NCBI GenBank assembly: GCA_965237675.1
Contig: OZ250150.1
Location: forward strand, 4,672,001 to 4,736,000
Origin: Candidatus Latescibacterota bacterium
Lineage (GTDB): Bacteria; Latescibacterota; UBA2968; GCA-2709665
Direction of reading: 5' to 3'
DNA: 64,000 nucleotides
The stretch's first letter is position 1, and each line of letters opens with the position of its first letter. Below the pieces are notes generated by a model. That model made no database searches, was not told the DNA's origin, and saw only the letters and a program-made list of their open reading frames with translations. The translations under genes were made by a program, and so were the position numbers. Below, piece by piece: positions 52,401-61,527 of this stretch.

Positions 52401-53321
52401 TCATTCACCAAAAAACGGGTACGGCTCGCCGGCTTCCACCAGCCTTTGTACCAGACTCGAGTACTTCAACACCTCCGTCAGCCGGGTGCGCCAATGCGGG
52501 GCGTAGAAGCCGACGAATTCCTGGAAGAACGCTCGCGCATCCTCACTGACGCCATCGAAGTATTGCGGCAGCAAAAACCATGGCTGGTCACTGGCGTAGT
52601 TCAGCCCCCGCTGGCGCATCGTGAACTCTGCGGCGGCCCGTTTTTTTACCGAGATCATCAACGAGCGCCTGAGCTTGTCGGTGTGATAGCGGCCCCGATG
52701 AATGCACAACTGGGTAAACAGCACCGCGTCACCGGGTTCCTGGTGGAGACGAACGGCGCCAGGCATATCGTTCGAGCGGTTGTGGATCCCATCATCGGCG
52801 ACGCAGATCGCGTGCTCTTCGGGGGAGTAGTCACGCAGGTGAGACCCCGGCACCACTTCGAGATCGTCGGTAGGGACCAATGCGATTTGCATCTGCAACC
52901 CGGCTCCGGTCTCCGGTCTCCGGGATACGTCTGCTTCTGCACCGATCTTGTCCTTGTGCCAAAATCCGTCCTGGCTTTCTCCGGTCGGATTACAGTAGAG
53001 ACTGCTCAAGGCGAAGAGGAATTCTTCATCCAAGGCTGCGCTCAGCGATTCGACAACTTGGGGCGACCCCATGGCATTGAGCAGAAAGGCGAGATCGTCG
53101 GGGTGATCGCGGTGATATTCCGGGTCGTTCAGGTGCCTCATGTAATTGGCCTGGGGCCCCACCGGTGGATTGTCACAGCGAGGAGCGCGCCGCCACTGTT
53201 CCAGCACTCGCTCACAGATCTCGCGCAGCCGTTTTGTCGTCGCTGCGTCGAACAAACCGCGCACCACGGCGTAAGAGTGTTGGCGTAGCTGCCCAGGGCA
53301 GGGTTCAGTAGCAATACTCAT
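52401..53321 (-). CDS. Phytanoyl-CoA dioxygenase (PhyH) family
   Basis: WHKD, VVPGSH, PGDAVLF, HRG. Confidence 0.88.
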   Translation of the reverse strand: MSIATEPCPGQLRQHSYAVVRGLFDAATTKRLREICERVLEQWRRAPRCDNPPVGPQANYMRHLNDPEYHRDHPDDLAFLLNAMGSPQVVESLSAALDEEFLFALSSLYCNPTGESQDGFWHKDKIGAEADVSRRPETGAGLQMQIALVPTDDLEVVPGSHLRDYSPEEHAICVADDGIHNRSNDMPGAVRLHQEPGDAVLFTQLCIHRGRYHTDKLRRSLMISVKKRAAAEFTMRQRGLNYASDQPWFLLPQYFDGVSEDARAFFQEFVGFYAPHWRTRLTEVLKYSSLVQRLVEAGEPYPFFGE

Positions 53322-53432
53322 TATATCCTCTTGTGTTGCTGTAAGAATTGCGTCGCAATTGGACTGTAAAAGTGCGGACAGGCTGTCTCGTGCTGTCTAA
53401 CTACGTATGGAAATCAATGCTCTATTAATTGC

Positions 53433-53516
53433 GGCTAACGTTTTCGCCGTGCCCGAACCGCGAAGCGGTTGCGCGAAGGGCCGTATGGCCCGTAGCCGGG
53501 CACGGACGTGTTATGT
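53433..53516 (-). other. attC-like site (intact)
   Basis: GGCTAAC..ccgtgcccg...cgggcacgg..GTTATGT. Confidence 0.88.
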
Positions 53517-53635
53517 GTTGTGCCAGCCGGGGGGCGGGGGCGGCCTTGCCACGGATGGCAAGGCCGCTTTGTCGCTGAAACAGAATTTCCGCTAAATGAA
53601 TTATTCAGCGGAAATCTTGAAAGAAGAACGAGGGA

Positions 53636-53806
53636 TTATGTCTCCCGTTTCACCGATTCTTCTCTACTTTTCCGCACCAGCTTCTCAGGATGCTCTTTCT
53701 GGCGTCTTATGTAATACGCCACCAATTTCTCTGGGTCGTGATCACATTGCTCCGAAATCCTATGACGCACTTCACGAATCCTACGAATGGTCGGATCATC
53801 TTTCAT
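53636..53806 (-). CDS. 56-aa putative partner/antitoxin of the PIN toxin
   Basis: Manual translation MKDDPTIRRIREVRHRISEQCDHDPEKL...; overlaps the PIN stop. Confidence 0.7.
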   Translation of the reverse strand: MKDDPTIRRIREVRHRISEQCDHDPEKLVAYYIRRQKEHPEKLVRKSREESVKRET

Positions 53807-54281
53807 CTTCAATATCTCCTAGGAGTTCCAGCGGAGTCACCAACGTGGGCACATATAAGCCAAGAATAGTGTTGACTCGCTTGATGTGGGCAAACTTATT
53901 CGCGTTAGCCAGATGATTGCAATTCCATGTGAGCAAAAATTCACACTTATGATAAGAGGCTGTCGCAAGATGGAGTGCATCGCCCAGGGGATCATTAGGC
54001 ATCATCTGGTGTTGGATATATGCTTCTACAATCTCAGCGATTTCTCGTTCAATTGGCAGCAGTGGCAAAGGAGCAACCAGGGCCAATACTCGGTCCTTGT
54101 TAGGATACTCTCCTCCACTGAGTTCATCGATAACCGCTTCACTGGTGAAAATCTCATAACCCTCACGCCGTTCGTCCCACCACTGGCGTGTCCAAGTCCG
54201 CTTTGCAGCCATCTCGGGTTCTGTACGTGTTTCGTAATAGAAACTGGGAATAGATATCTCGATGTAGACCTTAGGAATCAT
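53796..54281 (-). CDS. PIN-domain (VapC-like) toxin
   Basis: VYIE.SIPS; DALHLA; LLTWNCNHLAN. Confidence 0.87.
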   Translation of the reverse strand: MIPKVYIEISIPSFYYETRTEPEMAAKRTWTRQWWDERREGYEIFTSEAVIDELSGGEYPNKDRVLALVAPLPLLPIEREIAEIVEAYIQHQMMPNDPLGDALHLATASYHKCEFLLTWNCNHLANANKFAHIKRVNTILGLYVPTLVTPLELLGDIEDER

Positions 54282-54471
54282 TATATATCATATTGTTTTT
54301 AATATGGTAAAGACGGTTCAATTCTGCTGCGATTGGTCACCTATAGACCTGCTATAAATCTACATATCTTAATTAAGTTCTTCAAGCGAAATTTCCGCTA
54401 CTGAAGAACGTAGTGAGATTCTCTTGGGCGGCCAGGACGGCCGCCTGCTTTTGGAGGAAGGCTGGCATGGC

Positions 54472-54559
54472 TTATAACGTTCCCGCGGGCTGCGAACCTG
54501 CGCCAGCAGGTTGCTGCGGAGGCCCGAAAGGGCCGGAGCCGCAGCCCGACGTGTTAGCT
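54472..54559 (-). other. attC-like site (intact)
   Basis: TTATAAC..cgggctgcg...cgcagcccg..GTTAGCT. Confidence 0.88.
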
Positions 54560-54620
54560 GCAGTTGTCCCTAGCTAATGCGATGCGTTAAGAATCTCGAA
54601 GTCGTCTTCAGTGTTTTTTA

Positions 54621-55160
54621 TTAAACGTTTTTGGTTGCCCGAATTCGAGCGAGTAAAACCGGAACCCAATGATCGCCGTACCGAGTGCGAAGGATTGTTG
54701 ACATCCAATCCTCTCCGGTAATCAGACCGCGGCACTCGGATGAATCACAATTGCAGTTCATCGCGAACTCAAAACTATCCGCCTGCGTGGCATAGTCTAC
54801 TGAAATCTCTTCGTTTTTTAGTATGTCTCTCCGGGATTCCAGAGTGAAGGCATCAACGTGCCAAACAGTCGGATCACAGCTGTGATTCAAGAAATGGACT
54901 TGCTGTCTCGGTACAATGAACAGATCAAGACCTTCAGCAACGCTGATACTGTCAACGTAAGGCAGATCAGGGTTGCTTTCTCTTGCGGAGATCATCTTCA
55001 GCAGGTTATCTCGAGAGATAATCTCGCCGCCGAACTGCAGAATCCTCGTGCCGGCAGTGATTAAGGTCTCAGCGAAAAGACACGATCCCTCAATCTCGGA
55101 TCTTCGGACTCCCACTTCGCTATGCAACCAACACTTCGATGGGGGTTGAGGTGTTTTCAC
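54621..55160 (-). CDS. SET-domain protein-lysine methyltransferase
   Basis: NHSCDP, EEISVDY, post-SET CNCDSSECRG. Confidence 0.9.
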   Translation of the reverse strand: MKTPQPPSKCWLHSEVGVRRSEIEGSCLFAETLITAGTRILQFGGEIISRDNLLKMISARESNPDLPYVDSISVAEGLDLFIVPRQQVHFLNHSCDPTVWHVDAFTLESRRDILKNEEISVDYATQADSFEFAMNCNCDSSECRGLITGEDWMSTILRTRYGDHWVPVLLARIRATKNV

Positions 55161-55189
55161 GTAGACATCGCGATCTCTGGGGCAATTGC

Positions 55190-55341
55190 AGATAACGTTC
55201 CCGGGCTATACGACGTTCCCCGGTCCGGCGAAGCCGGATTGGCGCGGCGCTTGCGTCTCTCAGCAAGCGACGTGACAAAGGGGAATGTGCCCGAAGGGCC
55301 GGAGGGAGCGAAGCGACCGGAGCGAATAGCCCGTGTTAGCA
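55190..55341 (-). other. attC-like site (long, intact)
   Basis: AGATAAC..cgggctat...atagcccg.GTTAGCA. Confidence 0.85.
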
Positions 55342-55939
55342 GAAGTCGCATCGGGGTGGCGCCCCTCTCGGTCCTGGAGATCGGGGCGTACATACAGCGT
55401 GCGACATAGGTTTGGTTCCTCTCATCTGATTGGGATGACCTGAGATCCGATTCGAAAAAATGGTTTAGCCCTAGGCAATACCGAAGAGATCACGACATCT
55501 CTCCAAAACCTTCACGTCAGGACCAGCAAGGGCAGTGGCCCCTCCAAGCGGCACGCGAGCAAAGTGATCCCGAACTTAGCGGCATGCCCTCTGGGTAGGG
55601 GCGCAGCCTTCGGCATAGTCAAGTCATTAGCAAGTGAGCTTTTGGACAAGACGAAGGTGCATTCCGCCGGATATTCAGTTTTCTCCGTCGCCTTTTCGCC
55701 ACTTCGATAGGTGTAAAAATCAAGCAACCGGTGTGACACAGGCCAATGTGTGGGTAGTGGTGTTGAGGTGGGTCCAGGAGCGCTTTATTTTGCGACGGCG
55801 CTCATGGCCCGACAATACAGATCTTCTACGTCGATGTCCGAGGCCGTCACTTCGGAGCACCACGCACGAAGTGTATGGGAGGCTCGATATGTTCGCTACG
55901 GCTCAAGTGATTCCTGATTGCGTTCCCGAATCCGCTTAG

Positions 55940-57627
55940 CCCGATTAATTCATGAATCGTCAGATAGAGCATTTTAAGGAAGCAGAAAGAGCTTCCGAGT
56001 GAGACAAGAAACGAAAGCGCATGGGCTGTGACGGATTTGGCGTGTTCAAGCCGTTTGGGCGGCGCCTGCTTTGCCTCGTGACGTCAGGTTGACCTCGATG
56101 CCCGTGTCAAGCGCACAGACTTCTCCATGACCTTTGGTGGTGGTCGATGCAAATGTGAAGGCGGGGTCAGCACGTCGATGGGTTATGGAACACCCGTTGC
56201 CAGATTATAGAGGATCTTGCCATAAAGGTGTTTGAGTGGAAACGCCGTTGGCAGATGGAACTTGATTTTAGTTTTCAACTCACAAACGCGCCCGGCGACT
56301 TTCAAGAGACGATTTTGCAGGGTATTGAACTGTGCGTTGGTCCACTTCGTGCCGCGCAATCCGATTGCAGCCAGGCTGTGCATCAGGACATAGGCGGCGC
56401 TGTGGAGAAAGAGACGGAAGTGATTGGCCTGGAAGGTGTGACAAGAGGTGCGATCGGAATGGAGAAAGGTCTTGTGATTTTTGATGAAGTTTTCCATCCT
56501 GCCGCGTGTGCAATAGGCGGTTTTGTAGATGAATGACGGTTGGGCGCGCTTCAGGTTGGTGACCACGAATCGGATATTGACACCTTGCGGTGTCACTTCC
56601 GCCTTGCAGACGATGCGTTGTGGACACGCCCAGGTGCCGGCCTGATAGGCCCAACAGCGATAAAGGCGCACGGTTTCTCCGGAATCGGCATACCGCGTTT
56701 TGGCCTGGTCTATCAAGGACTGTGCCTTCCGCAGGAGTTTGGCGTTGCCGTTCTGTCCGAGGACAAAATACACATCTTCTTCCTCACACAACACGTGCAC
56801 TTCCGGACACGAAAAATGCGCATCGCCACGTAACAGGATCTCCACGTCGGGCCAGGCTTTACGCAGGTAGGCGATCACCCGTTTGAGGATGGTGACGATC
56901 TCTTTACCCGCAGGCCGCCTGCCAGGACGCAAGACCGTCGTGATCAACTTGCCGGTTTGGCCTTCATAGATATGCAGGGGCTGGTAGCAATAGCCATTGA
57001 AATACGCATTGAACAACGACAACTGTTGAGACCCATGCACCTTGTCTTCGGTGTCATCGATGTCCAACAGAATGGCTTCCGGCGGTTCCTCATACGAGGC
57101 GACAAACACATCCGCAAAGGCCTTGGCGATCCGATACAAATCGGTTCTGCTGATGCGGTTCTCGAACCGACTCATCGTGGGCTGACTGGCCAGGTCCGCG
57201 CCAGACAACGGCAACCGATCACAGGCCGCCTTGAAGCCGGGGTCCTCGCGTAACGTCTTGCAATCATTCGCATCCTCATACCCACAGGCCATCTGAAAGA
57301 CACGTTGTTTGATCAGGTCCATCATCGAATGATGTACGTAACTTTGATGTCGATGATCGGTGAGCGCCGCAACCATCCGATGCAAAATGCCGACATTGGC
57401 CTCGACCTCACGAAGCAGCATCACCCCGACGTCGGTCGTCAGCACGCCCCCGTCGAACGTGGCTTCTACCTGCCTACCAGAAAGACTTGCGAAAGACAAC
57501 CTGTGATGTTTATCTTGAACTCCCACGGTAGTTTCCTCCTGTTTCATTGTTATTAGGTTATTTGCGTAACCATAATATAATACAATGACTTGGGTATGGA
57601 AACTACCTTTTTTGTGAATTATTCAGG
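55940..57627 (-). mobile_element. IS1380-family element, intact copy 2 (1688 bp)
   Basis: TIRs as copy 1; 4-bp TSD TTAG. Confidence 0.93.
56183..57547 (-). CDS. IS1380 family transposase
   Basis: FDGG..T.D.G, GYEDANDC, LASQPTMSR, LDID, LRGD, RG.MENFIK. Confidence 0.93.
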   Translation of the reverse strand: MKQEETTVGVQDKHHRLSFASLSGRQVEATFDGGVLTTDVGVMLLREVEANVGILHRMVAALTDHRHQSYVHHSMMDLIKQRVFQMACGYEDANDCKTLREDPGFKAACDRLPLSGADLASQPTMSRFENRISRTDLYRIAKAFADVFVASYEEPPEAILLDIDDTEDKVHGSQQLSLFNAYFNGYCYQPLHIYEGQTGKLITTVLRPGRRPAGKEIVTILKRVIAYLRKAWPDVEILLRGDAHFSCPEVHVLCEEEDVYFVLGQNGNAKLLRKAQSLIDQAKTRYADSGETVRLYRCWAYQAGTWACPQRIVCKAEVTPQGVNIRFVVTNLKRAQPSFIYKTAYCTRGRMENFIKNHKTFLHSDRTSCHTFQANHFRLFLHSAAYVLMHSLAAIGLRGTKWTNAQFNTLQNRLLKVAGRVCELKTKIKFHLPTAFPLKHLYGKILYNLATGVP

Positions 57628-58074
57628 TTAGGTCTTCGAAATAAGAAATAGATAGAAGCACCAAGGACATTGGAGCCAAGAATTGTAATGCCCCAACCCA
57701 ACTTCTGCCCAGGCTACCACTGACATTGACGGGCGCCCAATGCCAGCAACAGCATGATGCGCTCGCAGGGGCAGATCAGAGACCCGAGGAAACGCGAGAA
57801 GACAGGACCAGGATGGCAACAAATGGTCAAGTCTCCCTTACGTGTCATATCTCTCTGAACGATACGTAAGGGGTCTCCTGATGTCAATGTGCCAGGGAGG
57901 AAACGCCGGCCGGGGATCAGGGCCTGTGGCGTCCGTTGCCAAGGGGTCGCGGCGGATCGGGCCTTCCGGCGCATTGGGTGAATCACGTTGTGATTAGCCG
58001 GTTCCTGGGGACGTCGATTCCCCGAGTCGGCGAAGCGACGAATCCCGCAGATAAGTCCCGCAACGGGCGCATGC

Positions 58075-59451
58075 CTACCTGCTGAACGCGTCGGGCCTGC
58101 TGGAGTCCGAGGGCCAGTACCCGTCGCGGCTCGGGTGCCAGCGCTTGCCGCACAGGTCGGAGATCACGCTCCATTCGGGGGCGCTCAGATCAGGGTCCGG
58201 CTGGAACAGGAAGCGCTGCAGGCCGGCCCGCTCGGAGGCGGTCAGGATGCCGTGCAGGTCGCGGGCGGTCATGGGCTCGCCCCCGTGCGGACGGCGCCCC
58301 GTCGACACCCAGGCGATCACCTTGTTCACATCCCCGATGGCCTCCAGCGCTCGGCGCGTCTCGTTGTACACCAGCTCCGAGTAGAACTCCTCGGGGAACC
58401 CCAGTTCCATGTCCGCCAGGGTCTGCACCCCGGGAAGCTCCAGCCCCAGGAAGGCCTTGACCACGGCGAAGCCGTCTGCCTCCAACAGGGTCGGGTTCCA
58501 GTCCAGGACCTGCTGCACCCAGCGGGCCATGGTGCCGTAGAGGCCGTCATTCCCGCGGTGCCAGAAGTAGTGCTTGGGGAAGACGTAGTCGAAGTACTCC
58601 GCCATCTCGCCAAATTCGTGCCCGGTCAGTGACGAGAAAGCGGCGGTGCGCGGAATGCCCCCCAGCTCCACCTTCCCTCCCACTCTCTGCATCTGCGCGT
58701 GCACGGCGCGCATGAACCCCCGCGCCGCTTCGCGGCGGGCGCGCAGCCAGTACAGGGCATCCTCGTTCAGGTCGAACAGGTTCAGTGCCCCCAGCATGCC
58801 GCCGGACGCGTGGTAGCGCACCAGATCCGGAGTCAGGTTGTGGAAACGCTCGTTCAGGTGCGCCATGCCGCGGGCGACGCGCTCCACATCGGCGCCGATG
58901 GCTTCCAGGCGGTGCCGCATGCGACCGTCCAGTTCCAGTAGGGCCTTACCCCGATGGAAGGCAAGTTCGTAGAAGGTCTCACCGGGCTGGTCCAGGATGA
59001 CGCCGTGGGCCTGGGGATAGGCACTGGCCAGGTCGTGCACCCCGGCGGCCACCTCGATGGCCCCGAAAGGGTCCTCCTCCTCGGCTAGGCCGCTGGTGGT
59101 ACCCTGGCCCCGCTGGTAGAGCAGCCGGAGCCCGTCTCTGGAGTCGAAGATCATGATGTGCCAGCCCCGGGAGGCGGCGTTGTCGAGGAGCGCGTGGAGC
59201 TGCTTCTCCCTCTCGGGGGTGCGGGCCGTTTCCGGGGGCGGCTTGATGCCGAACGCGGCGTACACCTTTGGGTCCGCCGCAAACGAGGGGGTGAGGGTGT
59301 CCCCCCACAACGGCATGCCGGCCTCGTTCCTGAGCCACATCCGTCCCACCACGATGCCGCCCACCCCTCCCGCCTCCCACGCGTCGAAGATGCGCGGGTA
59401 GTCGTCCAGCCAGTGCTCCAGGGGATTGTGCACGAAGATCCAGGGTACCAT
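58075..59451 (-). CDS. Hypothetical GC-rich protein (458 aa)
   Basis: Long ORF with GAGG RBS; PKHYFWHRG.DG.YGT motif. Confidence 0.75.
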   Translation of the reverse strand: MVPWIFVHNPLEHWLDDYPRIFDAWEAGGVGGIVVGRMWLRNEAGMPLWGDTLTPSFAADPKVYAAFGIKPPPETARTPEREKQLHALLDNAASRGWHIMIFDSRDGLRLLYQRGQGTTSGLAEEEDPFGAIEVAAGVHDLASAYPQAHGVILDQPGETFYELAFHRGKALLELDGRMRHRLEAIGADVERVARGMAHLNERFHNLTPDLVRYHASGGMLGALNLFDLNEDALYWLRARREAARGFMRAVHAQMQRVGGKVELGGIPRTAAFSSLTGHEFGEMAEYFDYVFPKHYFWHRGNDGLYGTMARWVQQVLDWNPTLLEADGFAVVKAFLGLELPGVQTLADMELGFPEEFYSELVYNETRRALEAIGDVNKVIAWVSTGRRPHGGEPMTARDLHGILTASERAGLQRFLFQPDPDLSAPEWSVISDLCGKRWHPSRDGYWPSDSSRPDAFSR

Positions 59452-59471
59452 CGCGTCACCTCTCTCTGGGG

Positions 59472-59588
59472 TTACCCCAGTTTAGTGGACGGTTCCTTAA
59501 CTGCACATTCAATGAGCATCCACAGCCAGAAACCTATCATGCCCAAGAGGAGGACAAGCAGGATTTCCCAAAGACCTATGCCGAACAT
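59472..59588 (-). pseudogene. Truncated small membrane protein (PLDc-N-like)
   Basis: MFGIGLWEILLVLLLGMIGFWLWMLIECAVKEPSTKLG*, GGAGG RBS. Confidence 0.55.
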
Positions 59589-59781
59589 TCTCGCCTCCCT
59601 TGTTTTCGGTCAATCGAATGGTTGATAATTATCTCGAGCTTTGGATTTAGGGAAGATCTGACTCGGGATTTCTCCGCTGTCGCATAAATCCAAGTATAGG
59701 AACGAGTGTTGATGGTGGGGAGGGTGGGGCTATTTTTGCACGCAATCACGGTTCTTCTGGGGGTGGTGGGGGCGATTTCTG

Positions 59782-59853
59782 CTAACTACGGTATTACCGA
59801 ACAGTTACGGTAATGCGTACCTGATCCGAAGATCTGCGAACGTTCGGGAACAT
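59782..59853 (-). other. 72-bp attI-like double-dyad site, copy A, 60 bp downstream of the recombinase stop
   Basis: gtattaccg-N8-cggtaatgc and cgaacgttcg dyads; ends GTTAG on the - strand. Confidence 0.7.
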
Positions 59854-59913
59854 TCCACGCTGAAGCTTGTAGCCCGAACATGTTCAGGAATGCTTCCTAT
59901 GGTGGCATCGTCT

Positions 59914-60174
59914 CTAATCAAAAACTGCCTCCCTTTCTTCCATCAATGCATCCAGCGGGCTCTGGATTTTCGCGAGATCCCGATTCGTCACCCGAGTATA
60001 GATCTGTGTGGTCTTTGGGCTTACGTGCCCGAGCAACACCTGGATATATCGCAGGTCCGTCCCGCGTTCAAGCAGGTGTGTCGCAAAGGAATGCCGTAGC
60101 GTCGGTATCCGCTGGACAATTTTCGCTTTCTCGCAAGCCCAGTCAAACGCGGTCTGTACCGACCTCTCCCTGTG
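59914..60174 (-). pseudogene. Tyrosine recombinase/integron-integrase-like C-terminal remnant
   Basis: Manual translation [73 protein letters not shown]. Confidence 0.92.
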
Positions 60175-60398
60175 CTATCGGATTTCGCCAACCCATTGCG
60201 CCCAAAAAACGGGAGCAACTTAGTCGTGAAACTGAAATCCCAAGTCTCAAATATCGCCACTCACTCGAACCGCATCCATTCAACAATATCATCGAGAGCC
60301 TTGTCTTGATAGCTCACCGCGTCCTCCCGTCCTACAAAGCCATGAACAAAATCCGTGGAGGCAGTCGCCTTCCTTGGATCATCATTCCACACGTGATA

Positions 60399-60467
60399 CT
60401 CCCTCAGCCCAATTACCGTCGTGGGCATACACATTATACGGGCTGACAATGCACTTGAAATCCAGCA
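60399..60467. repeat. 69-bp internal fragment of the FMN reductase gene (43890-43958)
   Basis: 3 mismatches, last 48 bp identical. Confidence 0.88.
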
Positions 60468-60481
60468 GTATGCATAGTTCG

Positions 60482-60913
60482 TCAGTTGTCGATCAGAGCT
60501 TGCCTGATCCGTTCTGCATATGAATCCAACTCTTGATCAGGTAGACGATCTAACCACCGTGGATAAACTCTCAATAAACCATCGTCTATCATCCTTGGGT
60601 GGATATGAAAATGCACATGGGGGACTTCCTGGTGAGCGCCTGGCCCATTGCTCTGCCATATGCTTAATCCGTCAAGCGCGAATGCTTTTTTGACGGTTTG
60701 AGAAAGTAGGATCATAGCTTTCATAATCCCGAATCCTGCTTCCTCTGACAGGGCATAGATGTCCTGAAAGTGCTCTTTGGGAATGACCAGAATGTGCCCA
60801 GGAATTGCTTGCCTTGGATCTATCATCGCGATGACAGAGTCCGTCTCGTATACAATCCTTGCGCTCTTAGTTCCTTCCACGATCTCACAGAAAACACATT
60901 TCGTTTCATCCAT
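60482..60913 (-). CDS. HIT family hydrolase
   Basis: CVFC; QEVPHVHFHIHPR. Confidence 0.92.
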   Translation of the reverse strand: MDETKCVFCEIVEGTKSARIVYETDSVIAMIDPRQAIPGHILVIPKEHFQDIYALSEEAGFGIMKAMILLSQTVKKAFALDGLSIWQSNGPGAHQEVPHVHFHIHPRMIDDGLLRVYPRWLDRLPDQELDSYAERIRQALIDN

Positions 60914-61009
60914 CCAGTCCCCACATTGCTTTGTGAAAAAGTTATTATGACATACGAAAAAGGAACCCCACGGTAGTCGGTGTGTGCCATTCTTTGATTT
61001 CTTGCGTGC

Positions 61010-61092
61010 AGTCAACGATCTCACGGGCCGTGAACCTGCGAAGCAGGTTGGGCGACGGGCGTAAACCCGAAGGCGGGGGCACGGTGTTAGAC
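61010..61092 (-). other. attC-like site
   Basis: AGTCAAC..aacctgcgaagcaggtt..GTTAGAC. Confidence 0.8.
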
Positions 61093-61128
61093 GAAGGGCA
61101 GTTTCGGTCAATGTCCCTACGACTTGGC

Positions 61129-61527
61129 CTATACGAATACTGCGGGGGAGACGCCAAATCGCCTGGACAAAGCACGTATCTGCCGGACGTTTAGCTCTCG
61201 CTTACCTTCCAGAATCTCAGAAACCACCCCTTGCGAACCCACCTCCGGCAAATCCGACTGGGTCAATTCATGCTCCTCCATGAGAAGCCGGAGTGGATCG
61301 GCGCCCTCCAACCCGGGCATGGAATGGTGTTGTTCTTCCCAAGCGTGGACAATGGTGCCCAACGTATCGAGCAGAGAATAAAGCGGATGCCGTTCATCGG
61401 TGCCTACTTCATCGATCAGGCTGTTGAGCCGCGCCAGGGCCAGGTCGTATTCCTGCTCGTTCTGAATCTTGAGTAACGCACTCACTTGCGTCCAGGATCG
61501 CTGAAGCTGTGGGGTAATGACACTCAT
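61129..61527 (-). CDS. higA: HigA antitoxin (HTH)
   Basis: LMEEHELTQSDLPEVGSQGVVSEIL.GKRELN. Confidence 0.9.
   Translation of the reverse strand: MSVITPQLQRSWTQVSALLKIQNEQEYDLALARLNSLIDEVGTDERHPLYSLLDTLGTIVHAWEEQHHSMPGLEGADPLRLLMEEHELTQSDLPEVGSQGVVSEILEGKRELNVRQIRALSRRFGVSPAVFV

Noticed and set aside
19116-53288. Long + strand ORFs such as 19116-20018, 31103-31966 and 52446-53288
   Set aside because: They are antisense shadows of well-supported - strand genes in GC-rich DNA.
55400-58070. Short ORFs flanking IS1380 copy 2, and at 50230-50790
   Set aside because: They have no recognisable motifs and multiple stops; probably eroded genes that cannot be assigned by eye.
59880-60446. + strand ORFs (188, 69, 71 aa) and the - strand 79-aa ORF at 60021-60260
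   Set aside because: These are shadow or off-frame readings of the recombinase remnant.
3826-61111. Long N-terminal extensions in the ORF track (e.g. 4830, 10772, 15557, 17453, 45856, 61111)
   Set aside because: They run through attC or attI-like sites; downstream starts match the family N-termini.
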